From: Gordius albopunctatus
Taxonomy: Eukaryota
Direction: 5' to 3'
Length of the DNA stretch: 64,000 bases
NCBI GenBank assembly: GCA_964276515.1
Contig: OZ193910.1
Location: 5,146,001 to 5,210,000, forward strand
The position numbers were made by a program, and so were the translations under genes. Numbering within the stretch: the stretch's first letter is position 1; each line of letters starts with the position of its first letter. The notes under the pieces were generated by a model that was not told where the DNA came from, searched no databases, and worked only from the letters and a program-made list of their open reading frames with translations. This document shows, in pieces, positions 42,461-55,661 of the stretch.

Positions 42461-43159
42461 AAGATCCTCTCGATGATGATATATCAGAATAGTGTATTAT
42501 TTTATTTGACGAATTTTGTCTTTTATATTTAATGTATTTATATTATAATACTGTCAGCGGATTTTTAACAAATAAACTTTAAAAAAATCTAACCATTGTC
42601 TTTGCTAAGGGAGATAAATTTATTGATTTGCTAAGACATGGCAACAAAGGAAAATTTCCAGGGAAAATTGGGAAATTTTCTTGGGAATTTTATTATTTCC
42701 CGTCTAGTTGATTTTATGTATATCATATATTGCATTTTTAAAATATTATTTTACTAAGTTAGAGGCTATATAATCAAGAATGTCTCTGTCATATATGTCA
42801 CATATTGATTCTTTGAAGACGAGCAACGAGAGGCGCGGCGTATGTGGAGTCGTGAAAGACGATCAAACAGAGGCGCAGGGTAATTACCAGCTGCGGGACG
42901 ATAGCAAATGAGAGACAAAAGAAATCTAAGGAGAGTAACGTGAAGGACGCAAAGGAGAATAACAACTGGCGCGGGACGCATAAAGAGAGTATTATCAGAG
43001 GCAATAACAACTGGTGGAAGGAATGACAACTGGTGCAGGACCCGAGAAGAAAAGAAGAGTATCCGAACAAAAGGGGACATAGGCGAACATACAATATGAA
43101 TCAATAAATTTTCCTGGATATAAATCGTTTTCGGCATAATTTTTTACTTGGAATAAAAT

Positions 43160-43277
43160 ATTTATCGGACGTACGAAGTATTCTCGGACCTAATATTGGA
43201 CGTACGATTTATTCGAGGACATAATATGCTATGACCTAATTTTGGACTTATGATTTATTCACGGACATAATAGTCTC
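43160..43277. mobile_element. Probable right TIR of the MULE element
   Basis: Internally repetitive GGACGTACGA/GGACATAAT/GGACCTAAT units ending GTCTC (reverse complement GAGAC); partner TIR not in window. Confidence 0.45.
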
Positions 43278-44016
43278 TTAACTAGTTCTTATTTGATTTA
43301 ATTTATCACTTGACATCATCATCCCTAATGTTTTTTGATTTATTTAAGAAAACGTTTATAGGATAATTAATTGTTATTAATCTAGCCCCATATTTTTTTT
43401 AGGATTTTTGAAAACAGGTTGAATCATGTTAGACAAACAAAAATTATAAAAAAAAATGGCAGAGAAATTACATGATGTTACCACTTTGAGGTTTCAAATT
43501 TTTATTTTAGCTATTCAATTTCACCCTATAGAGCGTCAAAAACGGTCATTTTCGCAACTTTGAATAGAAATATTTCAAAAACTTGACGCATAGGAAAAAA
43601 ACGAAAAAAAATATTTGTATTCACCTTATAACTCAATCAGAATATGTTGCCCTGTTACATAAGACCATTATTTGTCGAGTATTTCCACCTTATTTTTTAT
43701 GTCTAAAACATTCTTATAATCTGCTAATACTAAATTTCATCTATACCACATATGTGTGTGCTTTCCCATAACAAATAGATGTGCATGGGATGGAGACATA
43801 GTAAGACTTGTAAAACAATAAATAACATATTTCCATAGCAGGAATTTTTTTGTTATGTGTCATATCAAGTAGCTAACTAACTTAAACTGTTAATACGACA
43901 CGCTGCTTTGCTTGAGTTTGTTTATTATGTTTCGAATAAGTCCTTACGAAAGGCATGTGTTCAAGCATTAAGAGTAGTAAACAAATAACTTTAGATAATT
44001 CATATTTAAAAAGGGA

Positions 44017-44235
44017 ATCCATACATACATTTACAGAATAATGCTAAACATACTGTATATAACTTATTGACTAATGTATTTAGTAATATAAAGATATAAA
44101 TTAAAGTATTTTATATTATCTTATACATCTATTGCTAATCCATACATATATCTATAGAATAATGCTAAACATACTATATATAACTTATTGACTAAAGTAT
44201 TTAATAATATAAAGATATAAATTAAACTATTTTAT
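44017..44235. repeat. ~121-bp tandem duplication (2 copies)
   Basis: ATCCATACATA..AATGCTAAACATACT..AAAGATATAAATTAAA at 44017 and 44138. Confidence 0.75.
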
Positions 44236-44799
44236 TGCTATATTTAGTAGCTTAGAATTATTTACGTTATAAAGGTTTTAATATGGTTGCAAATAGTGTT
44301 TATTAAATCATGTAAACCATAAACTTTAAGTAACCCTCTTTTATCTTACCGCATATATCTATTGCCTTATAACTAACTAGTTTTCTATTTATTGTTGTTA
44401 TAAACGCTTTACAAGGTAGGAAAAAAAATTATATTAAGCCTATAATATATGAAGCTTATATTTTTTATTGCTGCACATATATTTCCTTTGATATTTTAGA
44501 TTAAATGCTTTATATTTTATATATTTATATATAATATATATAATTATATGAAATTTATATTTTAAGTAATGAGATTTTGCGTCTAGTTTATATAGACCTT
44601 TCGCGCATTAGATTACTTGTGGATTCGGACCCATAATCACTAATGGACATAATAAATAACACATTTCGAAACTAGATGAAAAATCGTAAATAAATAAAAT
44701 AATGGAAAATATAAATTATAATAATTATATATATTTAATATATGTTTAAATTAATAAGTACACAAAAGTATATTACATAATATATATAAGATAGCATTC

Positions 44800-45440
44800 A
44801 TTGTAATACAATATAGTTTTCTAATAAATGCGCTAACATAAAAACGTCTATAGCCATACTAAAACCCTAATTCTAACTGGATAAAAGTAACTTTGTGATT
44901 AGTTAATTAATATATGCAAGCATATAATAAATTGTAATGATATATAGTTTTCTATTCAATGCGTTAATATAAAAATGTCTATAGTGATACTAATACCTAT
45001 ATTATAAGTGAATAAAGGTAACTTTGTGATTAGTTAATGAATATATGCAAGCACATAATATATTGTAATAATATGTAGTTTTATATTCAATGCATTAACA
45101 TGAAAATGTCTTTAGCTATACTAATACCTATATTATAGGTTAATAAAAGTAAGTTTGTGATTAGTTACTCAATATATGCAACTGCAAGCATATAATAAAT
45201 TGTAATAATATATAGTTTCCTAATTTAACATAACGTCTATAGCCATACTAATACCTATATTATAAGTGAATAAAGTTAATTTTGCAATTAGTTAATGAGT
45301 ATATGCAATTATATAATAAATTTTAACAATATATATTTTTCCAATTTAACACGTCTATAGCCATACTAATAACTACATTATAAATGGATAAACGTAAGTT
45401 TGTGCAAGCACATAATAAAATGTAATTCTATATATTTTTT
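44800..45440. repeat. Degenerate AT-rich tandem repeat, ~5 units of 118-131 bp
   Basis: GTCTATAGCCATACTAA-like anchor at 44846, 44977, 45108, 45235, 45353. Confidence 0.8.
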
Positions 45441-45994
45441 TAACGTTTTATTGGGCAATAAAAATGAATGGTGAATTATACAAAACAAAATATGGGTCCA
45501 CAAAAATTATTCTGAATAAAAGATAAGTTGCAAGATAAAAATCAAAATTTTTAAGAAGAATTTTTAATTGTATTTATTAACCCTGTGCCACCCCCTTACG
45601 TGTGTTAAGCGATAACTTATATATACGTCCCACCACACACATACGCGTAATTTTTACTCCTATTTATGATGAGTTACGATATAGTTAAGACAATTTTTAT
45701 TGCTTATTGCCGGAGAAGTAAAATAATCAAGCTAAATAAATAAAAAATAATGATTATCCCCCTATACGAAGATATAAAAAAAATTTTTACTCCCTGATAA
45801 TTTATATTTTGTTTAGTTCGCGATATATTCGCGGGATAATTCTCCGACGTTCGTAGATAGTTTAATAAATAACTTTTTTTAGTATTTTAAAAACCCTTAA
45901 GAGTACTTAAGGGGTGTGAGAAACCTGATAGTATTATAATTTAAAATCATAAAAGCAGTTTTAGATTTAGCATGGTTTCATATGGTCCTTTTAA

Positions 45995-46320
45995 TCCTCG
46001 AGAGCACTCCTGAAAATCCCGAACGCGAGAGCATTCGTGGGGTATATTTGACAGGATTTTTTAACATCTTATAACTTTTAAAGTTTTTTGTAAACCTTTC
46101 AAATTTTAAACATGTGTTTATAAAGGTCTTAAGATTGATGGTATAAATTTTGATATGAATCTAATCAACGTTACAAAACTTATTAACGATTTTCTGGACC
46201 CCCATTTTTATTTTGGTTATTTTAGAGTTTTACCTCTTGACATCATATACCTTAAAATAAATCAAATCAAACGTGATTTTTTATTAAAAAATGTTCAAAA
46301 TATATTAAAAACACAAATTG
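45995..46320 (+). mobile_element. Partial copy (left part) of the piggyBac-type MITE at 50289
   Basis: TTAA-TCCTCGAGAGCA.. colinear with 50289-50608. Confidence 0.75.
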
Positions 46321-46584
46321 TAAAAGCACTTGTAATAAACTTTGTTGGGCATCTTCCTGTTCTTAACATACAGGTAAGAAGAGTAATAAAGGATTGATCC
46401 TCCTTTTTAGGATTGAATATAAATGTGAGTTTGTTCTAAAAATAAAAAAAAACTTATTTATGTGATATATACCACGATGAACAGCTTCCATCTGATTGGT
46501 AGCATCAACAAAAATTAGTGCATCTTCAATTGAAGGACCTTTTAAAATATTAATGTGAAACATTTAAAATAATTATTTTATCAC

Positions 46585-47348
46585 TTGAGGTAAGAGAACT
46601 TATGGTAGATGAAGAAGAGGCTAGAAAAATATAATAACATAGATGAACTATCAATATACTTGGGCAAGCAGATTGACTAATTTGAGAGGTTCCAGACAAT
46701 CATGGAAATTGCACATTTGGTATGGGTGTACGAACAACATATAAAGATGATGCTATAATAATATAAACAATGAATCAAGTAAATTCATACTTGGGCAAGC
46801 AGATTGCCTAATTTGAGAGGTTCCAGACAATTTTGGAAATTGCACATTTGGTATGGGTGTACGAACAACATATAAAGATGATGCTATAATAATATAAACA
46901 ATGAATCAAGTAAATTCATACTTGGGCAAGCAGATTGCCTAATTTGAGAGGTTCCAGACAATTTTGGAAATTGCACATTTGGTATGGGTGTACGAACAAC
47001 ATATAAAGATGATGCTATAATAATATAAACAATGAATCAAGTAAATTCATACTTGGGCAAGCAGATTGCCTACTTTGAGAGGTTCCAGACAATTTTGGAA
47101 ATTGCACATTTGGTATGGGTGTACGAACAACATATAAAGATGATGCTATAACAGTATCAACAATGAATCATGTAAATTCATATTTGGGCAAGCAGATTGC
47201 CTAATTTGGGTATTTCCAGGCATAATCAGAATAGATGTTCCAACAGAGGAGATTGCACAATTTACAAATTAAAAGGTGAATTGGTAAAATTTGAAATGAA
47301 CGCTAATAAAAGCAATAATATAAATGGTTTTTGAAATTTATATGTTAT
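46585..47348 (-). pseudogene. Probable secreted repeat-protein pseudogene with tandemly duplicated 93-bp exons
   Basis: Signal-like TYKFQKPFILLLLLAFISNF; phase-1 exons 47145-47053, 47014-46922, 46883-46791, 46752-46660 (TSSLYVVRTPIPNVQFPKLSGTSQIRQSACP) separated by 38-bp GTATGA..TTATAG introns; then a 36-bp Ser-rich exon 46620-46585; several disabling lesions. Confidence 0.55.
46657..47208. repeat. 131-bp tandem repeat, ~4.2 near-identical units
   Basis: TACTTGGGCAAGCAGATTG at 46657, 46788, 46919, 47050 and a variant at 47181. Confidence 0.97.
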
Positions 47349-47703
47349 GTCGTACGAGCACAAATTTATTAAGTGTTTTGATTGGTTTTAAGGATTTTGT
47401 CCATTATTTCTTTTGACCAGAAGTGTACTTGTGCATTAGACTGGTTGAGTATAAATCTTCCGCGCTAGAGACTCGTAATCAGCTGTTTGTAAAATTTGTA
47501 ATTGATGATTTTGGAACTATATTAGTGGTAAGTTTTTCGTTAAATTACCCTAAATTATTATGTTTGTATTCATATATTAAGCTTCAATTAGCATTTTGAA
47601 AGTAACTTTATATTTTTGGATGTTTCTTGCATCTAGTAACTTTATCTTATAAAATTAATTGCATAATTATTTGAATAGTTTTTATATAATGCCATAATCC
47701 ACT

Positions 47704-47844
47704 CATAGGCGTAGCCAGGATTGGAGCTGCGAATTTATGATTTAGGGAGAGGCAAAATGACAATTTTTTGAAATTTTAGCCGTAATCATACAAAATTATA
47801 TAGATTTAAATGGGAGCAGCTGCCTACCCTTGTCTACTTCCATG
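47704..47844. mobile_element. hAT-type MITE (CATGGGCG family)
   Basis: CATAGGCGTAGCC...CTACTTCCATG; perfect 8-bp TSD AATCCACT. Confidence 0.78.
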
Positions 47845-50288
47845 AATCCACTTGTTATGGAATTTTACCAAAAAATATTATTCATTTAACTTAAACTCTT
47901 CTAATGCATTTGTAAAGCATTTTATGAAATTGTTTATTTTGTTAATGAGGTTGGCCATCAACAAATTTAACAATTAGCTGATAACAAGTAGAGTATAAAT
48001 AGTGATATCAAAAATTTGATTTAATGATCCTCATGTCAAAACTGCCATTATAAAAATTAAAATTTTAATTTATCTTAAAATATATTTAAGTTAAGTGCAT
48101 AAAGTTTTATACTTAATTTTTGTTGGTATAGAATCATTTCTAATGAGTCAATGCTAATACTTCATAGTTTTGTTAATATTGTTTCAACAAATAATAATAC
48201 CTATATTTATTTTTAATTTTTGCATCAAATGTGATCCACAACATTATTTTATTTTACTAAATAGCAATTATAGTCTTATTATACGTGTTATTAATTAAAA
48301 CTTAATTTAGATATTCAGTTATGAATGAATTGTTTTGGCTTTTTTAATCATTAATACTAGGAGTAAAAAACCATACCTACATTGAGTTTTATGAAAATTT
48401 TGTATGACTTCATTTTTAAATACATTAAAAAGTTTACACTACTAATCAGGTTTGGCTTCAAGGCCATGAAATTATTGCAAACACAATGTGTATCAAAGCA
48501 ATGCCTAAATTAAGGCCAGAAACGACAAATTACATCACTATGCATAGTATGAGGCAGTAATATTAGTCAGAATACTTTAACCTTCCTATCTACAACATGG
48601 GCGCAGCCAGCATTGGAATTAGAGGGGGGGGGCAATAATGATTTAGGGAGGGGCAAAATGATCATTTTTTGAAATTTTAGCCATAATTTTGCGTAAATTT
48701 CATTAAATTTTGGATCTATGATCTCTAGCATTTTATTGAGTTAGGTCTTTTTAATCTCTCCCTTTAAAGCCTATTGTGGCATTAAGCCAAGTTTTTAATA
48801 ATTTTTTTACTTTGTTAATTTCGCTATTTGTTAATTTATGGTTATCTTCGCTGGGTATTATTATTGGTGCGTCATCTTTATTTACGCCTAATCTGATTAC
48901 CTCATCCATCATTATTATTGTTACTACTATAAAACGAATTGTCAGTGGAAATAATCAAGAGATAATAAATTTTTGAAGTTGAATGAATTTATGCGAAAGA
49001 TGTAGTAGTGCGAAAAATAAGGCTACTTAATATTCGCGGTAGTTCTAGAGAATAAATACATTTATCTAGAAATTAAATGAATAGTTTAAAGCGTACTTTT
49101 ATAAATACGAAACTTATAATTCTTCACCTCCTCATCAAAATATAGGACTCATTCGGTGTCCTAGCCGTGTACAATAGATGTCGGCTTAGGTGATGCCATT
49201 TTCGCGACTCGGTGTGTATGACCTTGGTTACGTAGTTAACATTCAATGTCGCCGTCTCGCTCCAGCCCGTCAACACTTTATTTCCAAGGTTTTATCGGTT
49301 TTAATGTATCCCTCGCTTTAACCCCTCAAGGACTCTCCCTTTTAAACCGAATACGGATTTAAAGTAGATTTATAATATATTTTTGTGCCCTTAGCCTGGT
49401 CGCCTAATTTTTTAAGCTAAAATGACCTATATGCTAAAATTAATATATAAAAGATTTTTGTACCTAGCACATATTCGAGCCTAATGTATAAAATAATTTT
49501 AATAGTATATGGTTTATTTAGAAATATAGCTATTGAAGATTTAAGTTTGCTCCTATTATAATAGGTCGAAACAGTTTAGGGCGCTTTATGATTAAATTGG
49601 TGGTGGGTTCGGTTCGATTTATGATTTCATGTATAAAGAAGCTAAAGGTTGTTTCGCAAATTCTTGATTAATTTATATATACGCCTTTTTTGTATTGTAT
49701 TATGCCTTGTTTGATTCCACCTGCGTCGATTTAAACCCGGTGAGTGCCAGAATATAAATTCGAAATGTCAATTTAAGTGCCAATTTGGATACGAGTATCG
49801 TATTTATTTTTTCAACGCGTGCCTGATTCATATAAGAAAGGCATATTTATATGACAACCCGCTATGCCACCACTTTTTGTATTAATTTAAATATATAGGT
49901 ATTGATTTTTAAATTGGCCCGCCCCAATATATAAAGGTATTATTTGTAGGGGCCCGACTCCTATCTACTTCCTAGTTACGTATGTAATAAGGCAGGCTTC
50001 AGCCGAGTCCTCAGTAGGTATATATGTTTGATCGCTTTAAAACCTTTTTTTATTAAATACCAATCAATTTTATTCATTGACATGCACTAAAATTTACATA
50101 CTTTTATAGAGTAATTTTTGTTTGTTCGTGATAAAAGGTTACGTGTCAAGCGTTTGGACAGCTTTTTTAATTTGCTTAATTTTGATGCATATCACCCGGA
50201 ATGGCTTTCTATAGGGTTAAACAAGCAAATTTGACTTCTCACTTAATTTTACAAATCTTTAATCAATATAATGTATAATCATTCTTAA

Positions 50289-50884
50289 CCCTCGAGAGCA
50301 TTCCTGAAAATCCCGAACGCGAGAGCATTCGTGCGGTATATTTGACCCCATTTTTTAACTTCTCATAACTTTTAAAGTATTCTTTTTAAACCTTTCAAAT
50401 TTTAAACATATGTTTATAAAGGTGTTAAGATTGATGGTGTAAATTTTGATATAAATCTAATCAATATTACAAAACTTATTAACAATTTTCTGCACTTTTT
50501 TGGTTATTTTAGAGCTTTCCCTCATTTTACCTCTTGACATCATATACCTTAAAATAAACGTGATTTTTTATTAAAAGAATGTTCAAAATGTATTTAAAAC
50601 ACAAATTTTTAAAGATATCATCAAACGAAAAAAATACATACATTTTTTCCAACAGAAAAAAACTTACGTGAGAGCATTCGTGGGGTACACAGGACCCCCG
50701 TGGCCAAAAAGATGCTATATTTTAAAAAGTAATGGGCCAAAAGTTATAAAATTTTTCTCAAACTTAGTTTTTGGTAAAATATTAGGCTACTGAGAAGGCC
50801 AGATCAATTCGCTTTTAAACAAGTTTTATATTTAATTTTATAAGTATTGCAGGGTCCGTGGTACCCCACGAAGGCTTTTGAGGG
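50289..50884. mobile_element. Non-autonomous piggyBac-type element
   Basis: TTAA TSD on both sides, CCCTC...GAGGG termini with imperfect TIR, internal repeats AGAGCATTCGTGGGGTA. Confidence 0.82.
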
Positions 50885-51909
50885 TTAACTGAAAAGTAAA
50901 ACAAGTTTGGATGGTGTTCTATATTTTTCTGTGAAGTTATTTAATTCTATATAAAGAGACGAACAAAAGTGTATTTCATTGATCCGAGCTGGATGTTTTT
51001 ATTTTTAATTTTCCACAGCTGAACCCAAACTCATTTTTTTGATATTTGATCCGACATTTTTTATATTTTTACTTTCACGCGAATCTCACATTTGGAAAAG
51101 AATGCTTTTGGCAAGCTTTCAGGTCACTCTATTCATCCGTAAAATTGCGTAGCACTTTATTTTTAAAGGTCATAATATAAGTGGTTTCAAATAACATCGG
51201 TTGGAAAAAGTTTCTAACGCGAAACCATAATTACAGGTGTTCTTGATATTGAGTAGTTAATAAGGGGAAAATTTAAAGCCATTAATTTTGTTATAATCAC
51301 ACACAGACGGCGATGTGGGTGCTTTTAATCGCTTGTGAATGTCAAACTTGGTGACAAATTATGCTTCTCATTTATCTTCCCGACCGACTCCTAACAATTT
51401 ATCAAAAAAATTAGCTATTAATTTTTAATTGAAAATTAAAAAAAATTATGCTTTGACGCGTAATATTTCAAAAATATTATTGGACCTTCCACTCTACTCC
51501 TTTATTAATATTAATCATTCATTTCTCTGCCAATTCTAACTTTAAAAATGCCTTCCCAGAAATTTTCAGATGTGTTTAACGCTAATAAATGAACTAACAC
51601 GGTACTACCTTATGTTTAGCGCTATCCCTTAGATTTCTGTTTTATTTCCAAATTCTCGTTATAATGCCACAAATTAATTTCTCGCCTCGCCTCATTGCAT
51701 AATTTCAAATACTTAATACAAGCGTTTTTAGAGCAAGCTCGAAAGGAGAACCAGCTGTTGAGCCAAACTAAACCCAAAGATTTTTGCCCGAAGGTTCATG
51801 TTTTTAATGAGAACTAACTACTTTAATTGCCAATAGGACACATATAGAGTTCTTAATATTATATGGATTATAAATGCACTATGGTTTAAATTGTGAGATG
51901 AATTCTTTT

Positions 51910-52192
51910 CAGGCGCGTAGCCAAGGGGGCAGAAAGCGGGAATTTTCTATCCCCTTGACCAAAATTTGAAATTTTGTTTCAAGATCCATGTCCTTTTTTA
52001 AGATATAAAATGGATAGTAAATGCTCTGATTAATGAAGAGAAGAGATTTTTCCAAAGCTGGTAATATAGCGCGCCTTGAAGTTTCGCATATTTTGTACGC
52101 GAAGTTTACTTTTGTTACATCTTATAAATAAAAGTGTCGAAAATCTTTTTGAATTTTTCTTCCCCTTTGAGAAAATCCTGGCTACGCGCCTG
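51910..52192. mobile_element. hAT-type MITE (CAGGCGCGTAGCC family)
   Basis: TIR CAGGCGCGTAGCC/GGCTACGCGCCTG; 8-bp TSD ATTCTTTT; second copy at 63063. Confidence 0.9.
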
Positions 52193-52961
52193 ATTCTTTT
52201 GAATAATGATTATTTTGATGCTCGATTCAAAGTGTTAAATATCCGTCCGCGTACTTCATACATATGTATCAAATCAAATATCACAAAACACGTGAGAGAG
52301 TTCGCTCGCTCGAGCTTCGTCGGGAATCGAATGACAGCAGACAGGCCATTAATAAATTTTTCATTAGCTTGATGAATAACCAACGGTAGGTACGCGTTGA
52401 GATATGCAGCTTGATGCGCTAGTTTAATATTGTATATCATATCGAAGAATGTGGGCATGAAATTTATTGCTTTTTTAGGTTGAGTGGACCTCACCCGCTG
52501 ATTAATGTCGTGTCGAGTAAGGAGGTGGACATCTTTTAAGGGATCTCATAGGCAAAGTTTTGTTTCGGGTTACAATTAATTACTATATAATCTTTCTCAT
52601 GGAACGGTTTACAAACATTATACGCTACGGATTTCTATTGACGTCATTTATTCCCATTGTATGGCTTCTGGCTTCATAAGTTGATAACCGTCAAGCACGT
52701 TTAAAAATTTGAATGATCAATATTTCTTGTCGCAATTTTCATTGATTTAGCCCACCTATTTGCCCCTTTTTAATTTTATATCCAAAACCATCCAAAACGA
52801 CGCCTATTCAAACCACCTCCCTCCCCCCTTTGAATTATTAATGAATTGTCTAAAGCTCGGGTTTATATTTTATTAATGAGCCGAAACCATCATTGCATGT
52901 ATCCAAAAGCTTAATATTACCTTCTCCAATCTCGACATGTATTTTTTGCAGGGTTAAAAGC

Positions 52962-55661
52962 ATGAAGAACTCCTATCAAATCCGGAACGGGGACAATCCC
53001 AAATACCCCTTCCCATCTTACGGGTGCTGTAGCGCCCGTAGTTCGACCCGATTCAACGGGCCCAGCAAAATAAATCGCGCCACACCGCCACACTGTTGCT
53101 CCTTGAACGGGCCCTTAGTTCGGATTTGTCAATGGACCCCCGTCCTATTTGTCGCCGTGATTTTGACTTGGTCTTACTACGCTTACGTCATACAATTTTG
53201 CTGCTTAACCCTACCGGCGGACACCTCGTCTTATCACAACTCTACAATGTTACCACCGATTTCCATCACTTACATCGTACTTTTCAACGCTCTCTTCGCC
53301 ATGTTAGTTTGGTCTTACCTCAGCGTTGCCTACAACCGTTTCGGGCGACGCCTAGGCCCCAAAATTTTAGCCCGATTTCGGCTCAGAGATTGCGATATGG
53401 CGCGCCTCGAAATAGCTAGAAATGAGAACGACATCCGTCGGGTGAGCCTTTTGATAGTATTAGATTACTGTAGTAGTACCTTGTATCAGTTTCCTGAATT
53501 CCCTTTTTTGGTGGGTAATTGTTTAAGTTTGACCGTTTAAAATTTGATTTAGACTTGGCTTAGCTGGTCTTTGGATTAAATCTCTCGTGATTTTTGATAT
53601 TAATGTTGGATATCATTAGATTAAAATATAGCATATATATATAACCATCGTTTCCGGGTGTTCTCCAGTCATCTAAAACTGAATAAATTGAGATTCAAGA
53701 ATATTGTATTAATCCTCTAGATTAGTTATTAAAGTTTGCCAACTAATTTTGCCAAGGTTATGTTTTTTAGTTGTACCTAGCCAAAAACTCATTTATGATA
53801 TATAATAAATTGCCTAAAAAAGGTGAATCAGCCGCTTGTAATTAAATTCGGGGATATATTACCTTGTTTTCTTAATCGTTATACAATTTCTACAACACCA
53901 CCTCTCCTTATATAGGCGCTGGATGATTTCGTAACTCAACTTAGTCCCGCCCCAACCCTGGCTACCGTTGAGGGTGGGCCTCGTTATTGCGACGCCTGCA
54001 AACTAATTAAACCCGATCGGGCTCACCATTGTGCGGCTTGCGATCGGTGCGTCCTTAAAATGGATCACCATTGCCCTTGGGTCAACAACTGCATCCAACA
54101 CGGGAATTACAAGCAATTCATACTCTTCCTCCTTTACGGCCTGCTCCTATGCACTTTTGCAGCCGGTAATTTTAACGCACCCGTCCCCCCGACCATACTC
54201 ACGTGTGAATTACCACGGGGGGCGTGTAAGAATTTTAAATTTCCCTAAAGGGACTGAGAATGTTGAAAATCTTGGCTTCGATTGGGGGGGGATGCTATCT
54301 CCACGATATTAACTACGAGGAAATGTCTGCGTAGTTATTTTTTCTTCAAGCACTATCACATTAATATTTACTTACACTTAGCGGAATTTTGTTACTTTGA
54401 TTCAAGTGCTACTGAGAGCTCGTAGTGAACGCTGTGCGAGGCGATTATTTTAGGCAGGAATTACGATTGCATTGAAGTACTTTAAAGTTACTAATAAAAT
54501 TATGAAACTCAGATAGGATAGGAGCAGCTATTACCGACTCATGCTCTAAAAATAACTTCCTCTGTTTAATCCAGCTTATAACTAATAAATTATATGTCAC
54601 AATTATCCTTTCGTAATTACTCAGAATTAAATTAGCTTCGGTAAAATATTGCCCCTAAGCGAGGACTGACCGACAAAACATTTTTTACAACAATCGTTAT
54701 CATATTGACTAGGGAATTGTGATTGTAACTAAAAATGAAGTCTTTTGAAATACAAACATTGAAATAACGAAATATGTTATTTCAAATCTCTTGCATTTTT
54801 ATCCATAATTTAGCTACCACCTTTCCTTACTTCCTATCCTTTTGGAGCACCACGACCGCAGCGAAATCTTTCACCGGCAAGAGCGGTCGATCTCAAGATT
54901 TAATCATAGGCAATTCCTCGCTGTTATCAATGTCGGGGGACGATGGCTCATTGGCTCGCGCATTTTTCTCCACCCGTTTTCACGTTATTTTCCTCTTTTT
55001 CGTTTCCATCATGTTCGGAATCAGTATGGGCGCTCTGCTCACTTACCATTGTTTCCTCGTGACTCGTAACAGAACTACGCTAGAATCCTTTAGGGCTCCC
55101 ATCTTTTTAACCTACCGCAATAGGCCGGATAAAAATGGTTTCGATTTGGGCAGCCGCTTCGCTAATTTCCAACAAGTTTTTGGTCAGCGACCCTTGTGTT
55201 GGCCCCTCCCCATATTTACGGGGTTGGGAGATGGGACGTATTACCCCACTCGCCACGACCATAACAACACTACCATAGTGATTCCCAACTTTGATGAAGG
55301 TGATGGCTGCCCACCCATGGACTTGACACTGAGTCATAATGGAAATAGATTGGAAAATTGGAATGCATCCGCCTCGGTGGATGGGCAATCTCCTTTGCGT
55401 AGGGAAGTGGCACAAGATACACATTTATTGAATCATAGCAATAATAATCATCACAACAACTTAAATCATCATACGCCCGAAACCACTTCTCGAACCAATT
55501 TAATTCCCCCGACCCAAAGCACCTTGATCGAAATGCGGATGCTAAGCCTTTCGAACGAAACCCTACCCATAAAACATCCCCCACCGATGACTATTTCGCC
55601 GTACGGATCCTTTACTTCGCGCCAAGCACCCATTAACATAGAACTTTACGCACCTTCTTGA
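52962..55661 (+). CDS. DHHC palmitoyltransferase, ZDHHC2/15/20-like, 525 aa; join(52962..53441,53916..54165,54814..55661)
   Basis: [23 protein letters not shown]; Cys-rich [47 protein letters not shown] (TTxE); FDLG..NFQQVFG..GDG..YP (PaCCT region); GT-AG introns of phase 0 and 1; 1578 nt open frame. Confidence 0.95.

Noticed and set aside
42766..43137. Minus-strand 123-aa and 98-aa ORFs
   Set aside because: Antisense shadows of a purine-rich stretch; no recognisable motifs or splice support
46460..46545. Cys-rich minus-strand frame with in-frame TGA (possible selenocysteine)
   Set aside because: No SECIS recognised, another frame fits the splice phase, and the locus is degenerate
46657..47208. 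CRISPR-like array
   Set aside because: Whole 131-bp units are near-identical with no unique spacers; eukaryotic context, no cas genes
52962..55661. Functional pairing of the DHHC palmitoyltransferase with the Cys3-acylated globin
   Set aside because: The genes are over 40 kb apart in a eukaryotic genome; there is no evidence beyond co-location, and conserved synteny would be needed
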